In this document: positions 30,457-42,287 of the stretch, in pieces
How the letters are laid out: each line of letters starts with the position of its first letter
How positions within the stretch are numbered: position 1 is the stretch's first letter
DNA from: Bdellovibrionales bacterium
GTDB taxonomy: Bacteria; Bdellovibrionota; Bdellovibrionia; Bdellovibrionales; JAUICD01
NCBI GenBank assembly: GCA_965203275.1
Contig: OZ241865.1
Location: 1,792,001-1,856,000, forward strand
Reading direction: 5' to 3'
Length of the DNA stretch: 64,000 nucleotides
Program-made: the position numbers and the translations under genes
Notes under the pieces: generated by a model
Seen by the model: only the letters and a program-made list of their open reading frames with translations
Databases searched by the model: none
What the model was told of the DNA's origin: nothing

Positions 30457-31588
30457 GATCAGTAATTAAGTCTTCTGCACTTTCAATACCTACACTCAAA
30501 CGCAAAAGATTATCAGAGATCCCCATATTTAAACGCTCTTTTTTTGATAAATAAGCATGTGTCATAATAGCAGGATGATCTATAAGTGACTCAACTCCTC
30601 CTAAACTCTCTGCTAAAGTAATAATTTTCAAGCGTTTTAAGAAAGTTTGAGTTTCTGATAATCCTCCTTTGATATAAAAGCTTATCATCCCACCAAAGCC
30701 ATCCATTTGTTGTTTAGCTAAAGTATGTTGTGGATGGTTTTTCAACCCTGGATAAAGCACTTGCTCTACTTGAGGATGACTTTCTAAAAATGTAGCAACT
30801 TGCGTTGCATTGACATCGTGAGCTTTCATTCGCACAGCTAATGTTTTAAGACTTCTCAAACATAAAAAACTATCAAAAGGTGAAGCAACAGCTCCTAAGG
30901 CATTTTGTAAAAAGTATAAACGATCCGCAAGCTCTTTGTTATTTACTACTAAAGCACCTCCAAGTAGATCACTATGTCCACCAATGTATTTTGAAGTAGA
31001 ATGGCAAATAATATCAGCACCTTGCAATAGTGGTTTTTGAAAAAATGGTGTCATAAAAGTATTATCCACAGCAACTAAAATATTCTGCTCCTGAGCTATT
31101 TTTGAAACCAAAACTACATCTACAATTTTTAAGAGTGGATTTGTAGGAGTTTCTATCCAGATAAGTTTTGTGTTTTTACGTAAAGCTTTTTCAAGTTGTT
31201 CTCTATGAGTCATATCAATAAGGGTGAGTTGAAGACCTTGATTTTGGAAATCTCGCATCACACGAATAGAACCACCATAAATGCCATCCATAGAAATAAT
31301 ATGATCACCTTGTTTAAATAAGTGTAGCAGTGTGGTTAAAGCAGCACATCCTGAAGCAAAAGCCATGCCGTAAGCACCTGACTCTAAAGAAGCTAAACAA
31401 TCCTCATAAGCTTTGCGTGTAGGGTTACTGGTACGTATGTACTCATAGCCCTTATGATGGCCAGGAGATTCTTGCACAAAAGTTGTAGATAGAGTGATAG
31501 GAGTCATCACAGCTCCTGTGGATGGGTCTGGTGCTTGACCTGCATGAATAGCTTTTGTTTCAAATCCAAGTGTTCTGTCTAAACTCAT
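30428..31588 (-). CDS. Cystathionine gamma-lyase/synthase (Cys/Met PLP enzyme)
   Basis: ETPTNP, VDNTF, HSTSKYIGGHSD, AESLGGVESL. Confidence 0.92.
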   Translation of the reverse strand: MSLDRTLGFETKAIHAGQAPDPSTGAVMTPITLSTTFVQESPGHHKGYEYIRTSNPTRKAYEDCLASLESGAYGMAFASGCAALTTLLHLFKQGDHIISMDGIYGGSIRVMRDFQNQGLQLTLIDMTHREQLEKALRKNTKLIWIETPTNPLLKIVDVVLVSKIAQEQNILVAVDNTFMTPFFQKPLLQGADIICHSTSKYIGGHSDLLGGALVVNNKELADRLYFLQNALGAVASPFDSFLCLRSLKTLAVRMKAHDVNATQVATFLESHPQVEQVLYPGLKNHPQHTLAKQQMDGFGGMISFYIKGGLSETQTFLKRLKIITLAESLGGVESLIDHPAIMTHAYLSKKERLNMGISDNLLRLSVGIESAEDLITDLKEALKPPL

Positions 31589-32538
31589 TTGATATATCCT
31601 TGTTTTTTAAGCCATTGAGAATCTAAAAACTTAGTTAAATAGTTACAAACGCCATCAGGGAGAACACAAACACAATTTTGATTTTTGCTTAACTTTGTAG
31701 CCTCTTGTAGGACAGCAAAAATGGCAGCACCTGAAGATCCTCCACAAAGCAATCCCTCCTCCTTAATGAGTCGTCTTGCTAAAAGAAAAGACTGTGAGTC
31801 TGTTGTTTTCACCCATTGATCGACAACACTGCGGTCGAGGACTGAAGGGATAAAGTCATATCCAATGCCTTCTACTTGATAAGAAGCTACATTTTTACGG
31901 CTTCCACCTGCAAGAATAGACCCCACAGGATCAGCTGCTATGACCTGACATTGAGGATTAATTTTTTTAAATTTACGTCCTAATCCTGTAATCGTCCCTC
32001 CTGTCCCTGCACCTGCTACAATCATATCTACTGAATGTAATTCTTGTAAAATTTCTATGGCTGTGCCTTCATAATGGGCTTTGGGATTTTCTGGATTAGA
32101 GTATTGATCTAAGATAAAAGCATTTGGAATTTCTTTTTCAAGCTTTTTAGCTACAGAAATATGACTTTCAGGATCATCAAAAGCAGCTTCTGTAGGTGTA
32201 AGAATGATCTCTGCCCCTAGGGCTTCTAAAATGACTTGCTTTTCATGGCTCATTTTTTGAGGCATAGTGACAATGACATGATAGCCCTTGAGAATGCCTA
32301 CAAGGGCTAAACCTAAACCAGTATTACCACTAGTAGGCTCTATAAGAGTCGTTTTACCTGGGGTAATTTTGCATTCTTTTTCAGCTTGTTGGATCATAGA
32401 AAGAGCAATACGATCTTTAATAGAACCACCTGGATTCATAAACTCACATTTAGCATATACATTGCACTCAAGATGAGCTGTGATTTTATGTAACTTCACA
32501 AGTGGTGTACAACCTATAGCATCTAAGATAGTTTTCAT
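31585..32538 (-). CDS. Cystathionine beta-synthase / PLP cysteine synthase family
   Basis: KCEFMNPGGSIKDR, EPTSGNTG, GAGTGGT, VEGIGYDF. Confidence 0.92.
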   Translation of the reverse strand: MKTILDAIGCTPLVKLHKITAHLECNVYAKCEFMNPGGSIKDRIALSMIQQAEKECKITPGKTTLIEPTSGNTGLGLALVGILKGYHVIVTMPQKMSHEKQVILEALGAEIILTPTEAAFDDPESHISVAKKLEKEIPNAFILDQYSNPENPKAHYEGTAIEILQELHSVDMIVAGAGTGGTITGLGRKFKKINPQCQVIAADPVGSILAGGSRKNVASYQVEGIGYDFIPSVLDRSVVDQWVKTTDSQSFLLARRLIKEEGLLCGGSSGAAIFAVLQEATKLSKNQNCVCVLPDGVCNYLTKFLDSQWLKKQGYIK

Positions 32539-32732
32539 CTCTTTTCCCTTTTTTATTGTTTTTTAAAAACTCAAGTTATATTGATTATAAAAAAGCTGTC
32601 AATATATTTTTTAAAAGAAGATTTATTTTAGGTGAAATAAATGGTTAAATATGGACTTGAATAAGTGGCCCCATAAAACCCATAAAAGTCTAAATACACA
32701 GCAATCACTTAAAAATAAAGTAAATATGTACT

Positions 32733-34148
32733 ATGGAACTAGCTAGCTTTACTGTTTTTTTCTTAATAATGATAAGCCTCATAGGCTTTTTAGCTATACG
32801 TAAATCCCAAAAAACCAAAACAGATTATTTTTTAGCAAATCAAAATATATCTCCTCTCATGTTAGCTTTATCTAGCAATGCTTCTAAATTTAGTGGTTTT
32901 ATGTTTGCTGGCTTTATGGGAATGGCTTATTTGCATGGGACAAAAGCTCTTTGGTTTAGTTTAGGACTTTTTGTAGGTTCTCTCCTCTCAATGGCTTATA
33001 TTCTTTGGCACTTAGGACGTATGAATTCTAATGGGCAGGCTTTAAGCTTAGGGGAACTTATTGCAACTTCTTGGCATGGTAAAGATTATATTTTTTTAAA
33101 AAAAATGATTGGTTTATTGATCATTGTTTTTTTAAGTATTTATGGAGCTGCTCAGCTGAGAGCTGGTGGAAAAGTCCTAGAAGTAGCACTTCAACAGCCT
33201 ACTTATGTAGGTATTTTATTAAGTACACTTGTTATTTTATTTTATTGTTGGACAGGCGGTATACGAGCCTCTATTTGGACAGATGTTATTCAATTTATTG
33301 TAATGACTTTAAGTCTTCTGTTAATTTTAATCTTTGCTGTTATAAAAGCAGGTGGCTTTGAAAGGCTTTTTAATAGCTTTTTAGCTACAGGTACAGATGA
33401 GGTTATGTGGATCCCACAGACGCTTTCTGTAGGTGGCTATGAAGGTTGGTTATTGTTCTGTGTGGGTTCTATTGGCTTTGGCCTGTCTGCTATAGGTCAA
33501 CCTCATGTTTTAGTAAGAGGTATGATTTGTAAATATCATCACTTGAAAGCATTTATTATTTTAAACTATTTATTTGAAGGGTTGTTTTTACTGCTTTGTC
33601 TTTGTGTGGGATTAAGTACTAGAGTGATCTTAAAAAATATGGATATACCTGATCAAGAATTAGCCCTCTTTTTATCTGCTCAAGAACTATTACCTCCAAT
33701 AGCTGTAGGTGTTATTTTAGCTGGCATTTTGTCTGCTACTTTATCCACAGCAGACTCTCAAATTTTATGTTGCTCAGCAGCCTTGATGCGTGATCTATCT
33801 CAGAAGCCTTACCATTCTCTTAGGTATGCTAAGATGGGAACCATAAGTTTTGCCTTATTAGCTACTTTGATTGCACTCTTTGCTCCAGGCAATGTATTTT
33901 CTCTAGTCACTTTTGCTTATGCTGGACTAGGGGCTTCTATTGGTAGCATTTTAGTTTTACGCTTTTTAAATGCAAATATTTCTCAACAGGGTGTTATTCT
34001 TGTAGCTTTCGTGGGTGGTATGACAACAGTTTTATGGTCTTATTTAGGATTTGATCAGTATCTTTATGCAGGTATCCCTGGTTTTATTGTGGCTTTTTTA
34101 ACCTACCGTGTTTTGATGTCTTTTTTTCACCGTCAATTTTTTTCTTGA
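32733..34148 (+). CDS. Sodium:solute (proline-type) symporter
   Basis: DYFLA, SGFMF.G..G, GG..ASIWTD, GQPH, STADSQ. Confidence 0.88.
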   Translation: MELASFTVFFLIMISLIGFLAIRKSQKTKTDYFLANQNISPLMLALSSNASKFSGFMFAGFMGMAYLHGTKALWFSLGLFVGSLLSMAYILWHLGRMNSNGQALSLGELIATSWHGKDYIFLKKMIGLLIIVFLSIYGAAQLRAGGKVLEVALQQPTYVGILLSTLVILFYCWTGGIRASIWTDVIQFIVMTLSLLLILIFAVIKAGGFERLFNSFLATGTDEVMWIPQTLSVGGYEGWLLFCVGSIGFGLSAIGQPHVLVRGMICKYHHLKAFIILNYLFEGLFLLLCLCVGLSTRVILKNMDIPDQELALFLSAQELLPPIAVGVILAGILSATLSTADSQILCCSAALMRDLSQKPYHSLRYAKMGTISFALLATLIALFAPGNVFSLVTFAYAGLGASIGSILVLRFLNANISQQGVILVAFVGGMTTVLWSYLGFDQYLYAGIPGFIVAFLTYRVLMSFFHRQFFS

Positions 34149-34219
34149 TATAAGTTATTTTCTTTTGTAGTATTTTGTAGCATGAGTTTTTAATCTTCGT
34201 AAAAATAAAAGAGGTCAAA

Positions 34220-35365
34220 ATGAATATACACGAATACCAAGCCAAGCAACTTTTAAAAAAATTTAACATCCCTTTACTTCAAGGAGGAGTTGCTCATAAC
34301 CCTTATGAGGCTCGTCAAGCAGCCCAAATAATTGGTGGAAAACATTGGATCGTTAAGGCTCAAATCCACGCAGGGGGGAGAGGCAAAGGAGGCGGTGTCA
34401 AAGTAGCTCATAGTTTAGATGAGGTAGAAAATCTCTCAAAGCAAATAATAGGTATGAACCTCGTCACACCTCAAACTGGCCCACAAGGTAAAATTGTCCA
34501 AAAAGTCTACATAGAAGCTAGTTGTCAAATTCAAAAAGAATACTACTTAAGTATGGTGATCAACCATAGCAAAAATAAAATTAATGTAATAGCTAGCCGT
34601 CATGGGGGTGTAGATATTGAACAAGTGGCTGCTCAAATGCCCGATCAAATATACAATGTTTACATAAATAAATGTTTTGGTTTAATGCCTTTTCAAGCAA
34701 GACAACTCGCTTTTAAATTGGGCCTGCCTACTCAACAGTTTACAAAATTACTACTGAATCTTTATGATGCCTTTATTCGTCTTGATACTTCACTTTTAGA
34801 ACTCAACCCTTTTGTGACCACTGCTGACCAGCAGATCATTGCTTTAGATGCTAAAATGAGCTTTGATGACAATGCCCTACATCCTGATATTGTCCAGCTA
34901 AGAGATATCACTGAAGAAGACCCTGCTGAGCTAGAAGCTAGTAAATACAATTTAGCTTTTATAAAATTAGATGGTCAAATTGGTTGCCTTGTCAATGGAG
35001 CAGGTTTAGCTATGGCCACTATGGATATTATTAAACTGCATGGTGGAGAGCCTGCTAACTTTTTAGATGTAGGAGGGACAGCCAGTAAGGAAAATGTCAC
35101 TCAAGCTTTTAAAATTATTTTAAAAGACAAACGGGTTAAAGGTATTTTGGTAAATATTTTTGGTGGAATTATGAAATGCAATATTATTGCAGAAGGTATT
35201 ATTGCAGCTACTGAGGAGTTAAAGCTTCATGTACCACTCGTGGTCAGGTTAGAAGGCACAAATGTAGAACAAGGTAAAAAGTTACTTGAGTCAAGTAGCC
35301 TTAATATTATTGCAGCCGATGATCTTGCTGATGCTGCAAATAAAATCACCACTGCTGTCGCATAG
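34220..35365 (+). CDS. sucC: Succinyl-CoA synthetase beta subunit
   Basis: MNIHEYQAK, KAQIHAGGRGKGGGV, NGAGLAMATMD, NIFGGI. Confidence 0.97.
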   Translation: MNIHEYQAKQLLKKFNIPLLQGGVAHNPYEARQAAQIIGGKHWIVKAQIHAGGRGKGGGVKVAHSLDEVENLSKQIIGMNLVTPQTGPQGKIVQKVYIEASCQIQKEYYLSMVINHSKNKINVIASRHGGVDIEQVAAQMPDQIYNVYINKCFGLMPFQARQLAFKLGLPTQQFTKLLLNLYDAFIRLDTSLLELNPFVTTADQQIIALDAKMSFDDNALHPDIVQLRDITEEDPAELEASKYNLAFIKLDGQIGCLVNGAGLAMATMDIIKLHGGEPANFLDVGGTASKENVTQAFKIILKDKRVKGILVNIFGGIMKCNIIAEGIIAATEELKLHVPLVVRLEGTNVEQGKKLLESSSLNIIAADDLADAANKITTAVA

Positions 35366-35449
35366 TCATTTTACTTGCTGTTGTTTTCCTTTGTTTTCCT
35401 CAAAGTGAACAGACCTTGGTCACTTTTAGTGAAACAAATCAAATGAAAG

Positions 35450-35478
35450 AAAAGCCCTCGTGGTGATGAGGGCTTTTT
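35450..35478. terminator. Bidirectional terminator between sucC and OMP paralog 2
   Basis: Same hairpin as 20266-20296. Confidence 0.8.
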
Positions 35479-35535
35479 AATTTATAAAAGAAGAAGAAAA
35501 TTATGAAAATGGTTTTTTGTTTGAGTGTGGTTGTT

Positions 35536-35692
35536 GATAGAAGAACTTTTTCCTTAACATCGTGTTAAAAAACAAGGAGATCCTTCCTACTAAAAGTAAA
35601 CGGACTTTTGAGGCATTGCTCTTTTTAGACAGCGATAGCTGTCAGAGCAATGCCCAAAAGCAACCAGAGGTTGGTTTACTTTTAGTGAAACA
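35536..35692 (-). mobile_element. 157-bp J-H repeat unit inserted behind the OMP stop codon
   Basis: Absent from the homologous site after paralog 1 (GGTTGTT|TGCTAG at 20346-20358). Confidence 0.85.
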
Positions 35693-35694
35693 TG

Positions 35695-36438
35695 CTAGCC
35701 AAAGAACCAACCAACACCTAATGTTACATATAAACCATTGAACTTAAGCTTTTTAGTTTTGAAATCTTCACCTTCACCTGAATCTTCGGCAGGTACAAAC
35801 ACTTCTTCTGCACATTGGGTTTCCTCTGTCCAATTAGAGGTAGTACATTTTAAATCACCAAATGAAAGTAGATCATAACCTGCTTCGACTTTAGCTAAAA
35901 GATTTTGATTGATCTTATAACCTAGCTCTAAACCTGCCTGACCGCCAATGGACTGCCATAAAAATTGACTGCTTTTTAATTTAGTAGTATTATTATCCTG
36001 AGAAAAATTCAAAGACTTCCAAATATCCAAACCTAAGGCAACCCCTACAAAAAACTGATCCAAATGAAATCTATAATTAAGTAAAAGGGCCACCCGATGA
36101 TGAGTGAATTTATATTTATCCGTAACAGTTTCGATTTCAGTTACATAGTCTTTTTCACCTGTAAAGGCCAAACGATAGCGAACACCTAAACCTAAACTAG
36201 CTGCATCCATCATTTGACGATACAGAACATCTGCCCCTAAATGAAAAGGACGATTTTTTTGGTCGCGCCAAGTAGTAGGTTGAGTGACATCTTGAAGGTT
36301 CAATTCCTGCCCAAAATTCATACCAAAATGAGCAGAAATCTCAGCATTCCCTAAAGCCGTATCAGCTAAGCTAAAACTGCCCAGAAAAACAGCTACGTAC
36401 ATTAAACTTTTTATTTGTTTTAAATTGAGACTTAACAT
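35695..36438 (-). CDS. Outer-membrane beta-barrel protein, paralog 2
   Basis: Identical signal peptide and conserved strands versus 20355-21125; divergent loop segments. Confidence 0.8.
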   Translation of the reverse strand: MLSLNLKQIKSLMYVAVFLGSFSLADTALGNAEISAHFGMNFGQELNLQDVTQPTTWRDQKNRPFHLGADVLYRQMMDAASLGLGVRYRLAFTGEKDYVTEIETVTDKYKFTHHRVALLLNYRFHLDQFFVGVALGLDIWKSLNFSQDNNTTKLKSSQFLWQSIGGQAGLELGYKINQNLLAKVEAGYDLLSFGDLKCTTSNWTEETQCAEEVFVPAEDSGEGEDFKTKKLKFNGLYVTLGVGWFFG

Positions 36439-37053
36439 AATAAGTACCCCCTTATTTGTTGATAGTGTTAAAACTTTGTCTTTAATCCAAAGTCAAAAAA
36501 GTCAAAATATCAAAATATAATAATGAATAATGTTTAAATAAATAAGTAAGTTTTTACCTCAAGTAAACACTTAAAATAAATTCTAACGCAAAAAAATTAA
36601 AAAAACAGTCTTAAAATAAAAAACATGCAAATAATTGTCAATAAAATTTATATTTTTGTTTGTTTTGCCTATTTTTTTCTCAAATTTTCTCAATTTCCTC
36701 AAAAATTCCCAAAATTTATGAAAAATCATTCCATTTTGAGACAATAAACTCAACCTTCGTTTACCCCGAATAAACAAATAATTCAAACCTTAAAAACAAA
36801 GGGTTAAAATACTGGACTACAGGCTATATTTGACATGGTGCATTATAAAATAACAAAAAGGCTTGCCTTTTTGTTATTTTTTTAGCTTTTAATGGTAAAT
36901 ATTTGTAAAATAAGGTTTATTTCTATAACTAACTAGTTTAGTATAAACAAAATAATAAAACATGCATGAATAAATAAAATTTAACTTTAGTCATTAATAA
37001 TAATTAAATAAAATTAAACCCAATTAAAACCCAATTCCTAAACGGAGGGAAAC

Positions 37054-37581
37054 TTGAACAGATCCCAAAAAGATCAAGAGATAGCTTTTTTATCTGATCA
37101 ACTTTCTCTTGCTAAAGCTGTATTTGTCATTTGTTTTAAAGGGATGAACGTAGCACAGGTGACCTCTCTTAGAAAGAAATTACATCCTCTCAATGCTAAA
37201 ATGAAAGTTGTAAGAAACACCTTAGCTCGCCTGGCATCTGAAAAGCTCCCTGAAAAAATATCACAGGATTTCAAACAGCAGTTTAAAAATGATAATGCTT
37301 TGGTCTTTGCTCATGGTGAGGTAGGACCTCTTGCAAAACTTTTAAAAAACTTAAGCGAAGATATTCAGTTTTTAGAATTTAAAGCAGGAGTGCTAGAAAA
37401 CAAATTACTAGATCACTCTAAAATACTTTATTTAGCTAATTTGCCTAACAAGCCAGAGCTTCAAGCAAAATTGTTAGGGGTTTTACAAGCTCCTGCCAGT
37501 AAGTTTGTCAGGCAATTGGTATCGCCTATGTCTCAAATATTGCAAGTGATGACAGAATATAATAAAAAAGCTAAAAATTAA
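37054..37581 (+). CDS. rplJ: 50S ribosomal protein L10
   Basis: KVVRNTLA motif, TTG start with GGAGG RBS, upstream of rplL. Confidence 0.95.
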   Translation: MNRSQKDQEIAFLSDQLSLAKAVFVICFKGMNVAQVTSLRKKLHPLNAKMKVVRNTLARLASEKLPEKISQDFKQQFKNDNALVFAHGEVGPLAKLLKNLSEDIQFLEFKAGVLENKLLDHSKILYLANLPNKPELQAKLLGVLQAPASKFVRQLVSPMSQILQVMTEYNKKAKN

Positions 37582-37617
37582 AATAAGTAATTTCTAACCC
37601 TTAAGGAGGATTAATCC

Positions 37618-37995
37618 ATGTCTTTAGATAGAGAACAAGTGGTTGAATATTTATCTCAGCTTCCTGTTATTGAGTTAGCTGAGCTGGTTAAAACCTTAGA
37701 AGATAAATGGGGAGTTAGTGCTGCTACTGTTGCTGCTCCTGCTCCTGTAGCGGATGGCAAAGCATCTGCAAAAGAGGAAGAAAAAACAGAATTTGATGTG
37801 GTTTTAACATCGGCTGGTAATACAAAAATTGCAGTGATCAAAGAGGTCAGAACGCTCACAGGGTTGGGTTTGAAAGAAGCCAAAACTCTTGTAGAATCTG
37901 CTCCTAAGCCGGTGAAGCAAGGTGTTAATAAAGAAGAAGCAAATAAAATAAAAGAAGCTTTAGAAAAAGCCGGAGCATCTGTTGAGCTAAAGTAG
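37618..37995 (+). CDS. rplL: 50S ribosomal protein L7/L12
   Basis: [18 protein letters not shown]. Confidence 0.98.
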   Translation: MSLDREQVVEYLSQLPVIELAELVKTLEDKWGVSAATVAAPAPVADGKASAKEEEKTEFDVVLTSAGNTKIAVIKEVRTLTGLGLKEAKTLVESAPKPVKQGVNKEEANKIKEALEKAGASVELK

Positions 37996-38108
37996 CCTCT
38001 GGTACTATTTGATATTTTTAATCGAATATTAACTTTTTGAACTTTTAAAAGGTTCTAGGTTAAATTTTTTGTAAATTTAAAAAAAACACTCTAAAAGAGG
38101 TATCAAAG

Positions 38109-41100
38109 ATGGCTACACAGATCACAGCATCTCATTTACGTTTAAGACGATCGTATGGAAAAGCTAAAAAGTCTATTGAAACTCCTAATCTCATTGAGCT
38201 TCAAAGAAGTTCTTATGAGGAGTTTCTTCAAAAAGATGTAGATAGCGATAGAAGAACAGACTTAGGACTCAATGGTGTATTTAAGTCTGTCTTCCCTATA
38301 ACAAATTTCAACCAAACATGCAGTCTTGAATTTGTCAGTTATACTCTTGAACCTTCAAAGTATGACGTAGATGAATGCCGTCAAAGAGGTATGACTTATG
38401 CTGCTCCTATCAAAGTGACTTTGAGGTTGGTTGTCTTTGAAACCGACGCTCAATCAGAAATTAAATCCATTCGTGATGTCAAAGAGCAAGAGATCTACTT
38501 AGGTGAAATTCCTTTAATGACTGTGGATGGTTCTTTTGTCATTAATGGTACAGAGCGGGTGGTGGTATCCCAGTTGCATCGGTCTCCTGGTGTCTTTTTT
38601 GATCATGATCAAGGCAAAAATGCATCAAGTGGTAAGTTACTTTATAATGCAAGGGTTATCCCTTACAGAGGTTCTTGGTTAGATGTAGATTTTGATCAAA
38701 AAGATTTATTGTATGTACGTATTGATAGAGGTCGAAAGTTTCCTGCTACTATTTTTCTTAAAGCATTAGGTTACAGTACAGAAGAACTTTTAGAAGAGTT
38801 TTATCATTTAGATACTGTCACGTTAGAAAAATCAGGCAAAATGACGCGTACATTAGAGATTGAAAGAATGATCGGCCAGAGATCTATCACTGACATTACA
38901 GATCCTAAAACAGGCCGGACTTTAGTGAAACAAGGGCGTAGAATCTCTAAGGCTATTGCAAAAAATATCCAAAAGTTAAAACTCAAAGCTTGTGTTATTC
39001 ATCCAGAAGATCTTGTGGGTAAAATTATTGCCAAACCAGTGGTCAACAAGACAACCGGTGAGGTTTTAGCAGAAGCTAACTTAGAAATCACAAATAATAT
39101 GATCAGTCAGTTTCAGAAAGCTAAAATCAAAGATTTTCAAGTGATATTTTTTGATGGTTTAGCTGTTGGGCCTTACTTAAGAAATACTCTTTTGATTGAT
39201 AAGGTATCTACAAGAGAAGAAGCCTTACTTGATATTTACAAAAGGATGAGACCAAGTGAGCCTCCTATTTTAGAAGCTGCTGAAGCTTATTTAAATAAGC
39301 TATTTTTTGAATCAGAAACTTATGATTTATCTGAAGTAGGTCGTTTGAAAATCAATTATAAATTTGGTTTTAGTTTTGATGATGTGCCTTTAGACCATAA
39401 AACTTTAAATAAACAAGATGTGATCCATATTATAAAGACTCTCATTGATCTTAAAAATGGACGTGGTCATATTGATGATATTGATCATTTAGGCAATCGA
39501 AGGATTCGCTCTGTAGGTGAACTGTTGGAAAATCAATACCGGATTGGCTTAGTACGTATGGAGAGGGCCATCAAAGAGCGTATGAGTATCCAAGATATTG
39601 AAACCATGATGCCACATGATCTCATTAATGCTAAACCTGTCAATGCTATGGTCAAAGAGTTTTTTGGTTCTTCACAGCTTTCACAGTTTATGGATCAAAC
39701 AAATCCTCTTTCTGAAATTACGCATAAACGTAGACTTTCAGCTTTAGGTCCAGGTGGTTTGACCAGAGACCGTGCTGGATTTGAGGTTCGTGATGTACAT
39801 CCTACACACTACGGACGCATTTGTCCTATTGAAACACCAGAAGGTCCTAATATTGGCTTGATTGCTTCGCTTGCAAGTTTTGCCCGCATTAACAAGTATG
39901 GCTTTATTGAAACACCTTATCACACAGTTCAAAATGGGAAGATTAACTCTGATGTGAACTACCTTTCAGCCTTAGAAGAAAAAGGACACTGTATTGCCCA
40001 AGCTCAACCTCAAGCTCAGTTAGAGCCAGATAAACAAGGTCATGTCAATGTTCGTTATAATGGTGAATATAAAACTGTAGAGAAAGACAAAGTTTCATTA
40101 GTAGATGTCTCTTCTAATCAGTTGGTTTCTATTGCTGCCTCTTTGATTCCATTTTTAGAGCATGATGATGCCAATAGAGCCTTGATGGGTTCAAATATGC
40201 AACGTCAAGCAGTACCACTCCTCCGTACAGAAGCACCCTTAGTGGGTACAGGGATGGAAAGTGTTGTAGCCAAAGACTCAGGAACATCTGTGAGTTGCAA
40301 AAATGATGGTATTGTGGAAGAAGTGGATGCTGCACGTATCGTGGTCAGAAAACTAGCTAAAACAGGTAGTTTAGGGGCTAATGTAGATATCTATAACTTA
40401 ATGAAATATCAACGTACAAATCAAAACACTTGTTTTAATCAAAGGCCTATTGTGAAGCATGGTGATAAAGTTAAGAGAGGAGACGTGATTGCAGATGGTC
40501 CTTCCACAGAACTAGGGGAATTAGCTTTGGGCCGTAATATCTTTATTGCATTTGCACCTTGGCAAGGTTTTAATTTTGAAGATTCTATTTTGATTTCTGA
40601 ACATCTTGTCAAAGAGGATACTTTTACTTCTATTCATATAGAAGAGTTTGAGTGTATTGCTAGGGATACCAAACTAGGGAAAGAAGAGATTACCCGTGAT
40701 ATTGCCAATGTGGGCGAGGAGGCTATGAAAGACCTCGACATGAGTGGCATTATCCGTATCGGTGCAGAAGTTAGACCAGGGGATATTCTTGTAGGTAAAG
40801 TGACTCCTAAAGGGGAAACCCAATTATCACCAGAGGAAAAGCTTTTAAGAGCTATCTTTGGTGAAAAAGCAGGAGATGTAAAAGATACATCATTGCGAGT
40901 GCCTTCAGGGGTGGTTGGTACAATCATTGATGCACAAGTTTATAGCCGTGAATTTAATGATAAAGACACTAGATTGCAATATATCATTGAAGGGAAAACA
41001 GCTAAACTACAAAAAGATTTAGAAATTGAACAAAATGTGATTAAAAATAATACCATTGATCAACTTAAGAAAATTCTTGTCGGGAAAAAAACAACTGATA

Positions 41101-42275
41101 TTTTGTTAAATGAAGATGGTTCTCAAGAGCTTTTATCACGTGGTCAAGTGATTAAAGAAAAAGACCTTGAAACAATACCTTTCAAACTACTTAGTTATAT
41201 TCCTTTAGCACCTGAATTAGAAGAGCCAGTATTTCGAGTGACAGATAGAGGACGTCGGCAATTAGAAGCTATTAAGATGGTTTTTGACGAAAAAATTGAT
41301 CGCTTGCACAAGGGAGATGAATTGCCTCCTGGCATTATCAAGACTGTGAAAGTTTATGTAGCCATTAAAAGAAAGCTTCAGGTAGGGGATAAATTTGCAG
41401 GCCGGCATGGAAATAAGGGAGTGATCTCTCGTATTTTACCAGAAGAAGATATGCCCTATATGGCAGATGGAACACCTGTAGATATGGTATTGAATCCTTT
41501 AGGTGTACCTTCTCGTATGAATATTGGTCAAATTTTAGAAACACACCTAGGGTGGGCAGCCAAGGACTTAGGTCATAAATTAGAAAAAGTTGTGCAAGAT
41601 TATCAAGAAAGTATCGCTCGATCTACCTTGCTAGAAATATTTAAAGGGCAGAAAGATTTAGAGAAAAAAATTAAAAACGCAGATAGTGAATCTTTAAAAA
41701 ATATATTAAGTTACATGAAAAAAGGTATTCATGTTGCAACCCCTGTATTTGATGGAGCAGAAGAAAAAGAAATCAAACAATTACTTAAACAAGCTATGCT
41801 ACCTACAAGGGGTCAGACTGTATTATTTGATGGACGGACAGGTGAACCTTTTGAAAATCCAGTCACAGTGGGAGTGATGTATATGTTAAAACTGCACCAC
41901 TTAGCAGATGAAAAAATCCATGCTCGCTCTATAGGTCCTTATTCTTTAGTCAGTCAGCAACCCTTAGGAGGGAAGGCTCAGTTTGGAGGTCAAAGATTAG
42001 GTGAAATGGAAGTTTGGGCTATAGAAGCTTATGGTGCAGCTTACTTATTGCAAGAATTTTTAACTGTTAAATCAGACGACGTAGCTGGACGAACTAGAAT
42101 GTATGAAAGTTTAGTAAAGGGGGATAATGTGTTGGAGCCAGGACTTCCTGAATCTTTCAACGTTCTTGTTAAAGAACTTCAAAGCTTAGCATTAAACGTA
42201 GAACTCATGGAATCTGACTATTTAACAGATAAGCCCAAGTCAAATGTCAATAAAAATAAAAAGATGTTGCAATAG
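38109..42275 (+). CDS. rpoB: RNA polymerase beta subunit
   Basis: [36 protein letters not shown]. Confidence 0.99.
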   Translation: MATQITASHLRLRRSYGKAKKSIETPNLIELQRSSYEEFLQKDVDSDRRTDLGLNGVFKSVFPITNFNQTCSLEFVSYTLEPSKYDVDECRQRGMTYAAPIKVTLRLVVFETDAQSEIKSIRDVKEQEIYLGEIPLMTVDGSFVINGTERVVVSQLHRSPGVFFDHDQGKNASSGKLLYNARVIPYRGSWLDVDFDQKDLLYVRIDRGRKFPATIFLKALGYSTEELLEEFYHLDTVTLEKSGKMTRTLEIERMIGQRSITDITDPKTGRTLVKQGRRISKAIAKNIQKLKLKACVIHPEDLVGKIIAKPVVNKTTGEVLAEANLEITNNMISQFQKAKIKDFQVIFFDGLAVGPYLRNTLLIDKVSTREEALLDIYKRMRPSEPPILEAAEAYLNKLFFESETYDLSEVGRLKINYKFGFSFDDVPLDHKTLNKQDVIHIIKTLIDLKNGRGHIDDIDHLGNRRIRSVGELLENQYRIGLVRMERAIKERMSIQDIETMMPHDLINAKPVNAMVKEFFGSSQLSQFMDQTNPLSEITHKRRLSALGPGGLTRDRAGFEVRDVHPTHYGRICPIETPEGPNIGLIASLASFARINKYGFIETPYHTVQNGKINSDVNYLSALEEKGHCIAQAQPQAQLEPDKQGHVNVRYNGEYKTVEKDKVSLVDVSSNQLVSIAASLIPFLEHDDANRALMGSNMQRQAVPLLRTEAPLVGTGMESVVAKDSGTSVSCKNDGIVEEVDAARIVVRKLAKTGSLGANVDIYNLMKYQRTNQNTCFNQRPIVKHGDKVKRGDVIADGPSTELGELALGRNIFIAFAPWQGFNFEDSILISEHLVKEDTFTSIHIEEFECIARDTKLGKEEITRDIANVGEEAMKDLDMSGIIRIGAEVRPGDILVGKVTPKGETQLSPEEKLLRAIFGEKAGDVKDTSLRVPSGVVGTIIDAQVYSREFNDKDTRLQYIIEGKTAKLQKDLEIEQNVIKNNTIDQLKKILVGKKTTDILLNEDGSQELLSRGQVIKEKDLETIPFKLLSYIPLAPELEEPVFRVTDRGRRQLEAIKMVFDEKIDRLHKGDELPPGIIKTVKVYVAIKRKLQVGDKFAGRHGNKGVISRILPEEDMPYMADGTPVDMVLNPLGVPSRMNIGQILETHLGWAAKDLGHKLEKVVQDYQESIARSTLLEIFKGQKDLEKKIKNADSESLKNILSYMKKGIHVATPVFDGAEEKEIKQLLKQAMLPTRGQTVLFDGRTGEPFENPVTVGVMYMLKLHHLADEKIHARSIGPYSLVSQQPLGGKAQFGGQRLGEMEVWAIEAYGAAYLLQEFLTVKSDDVAGRTRMYESLVKGDNVLEPGLPESFNVLVKELQSLALNVELMESDYLTDKPKSNVNKNKKMLQ

Positions 42276-42287
42276 AAAGGAGAAAGC

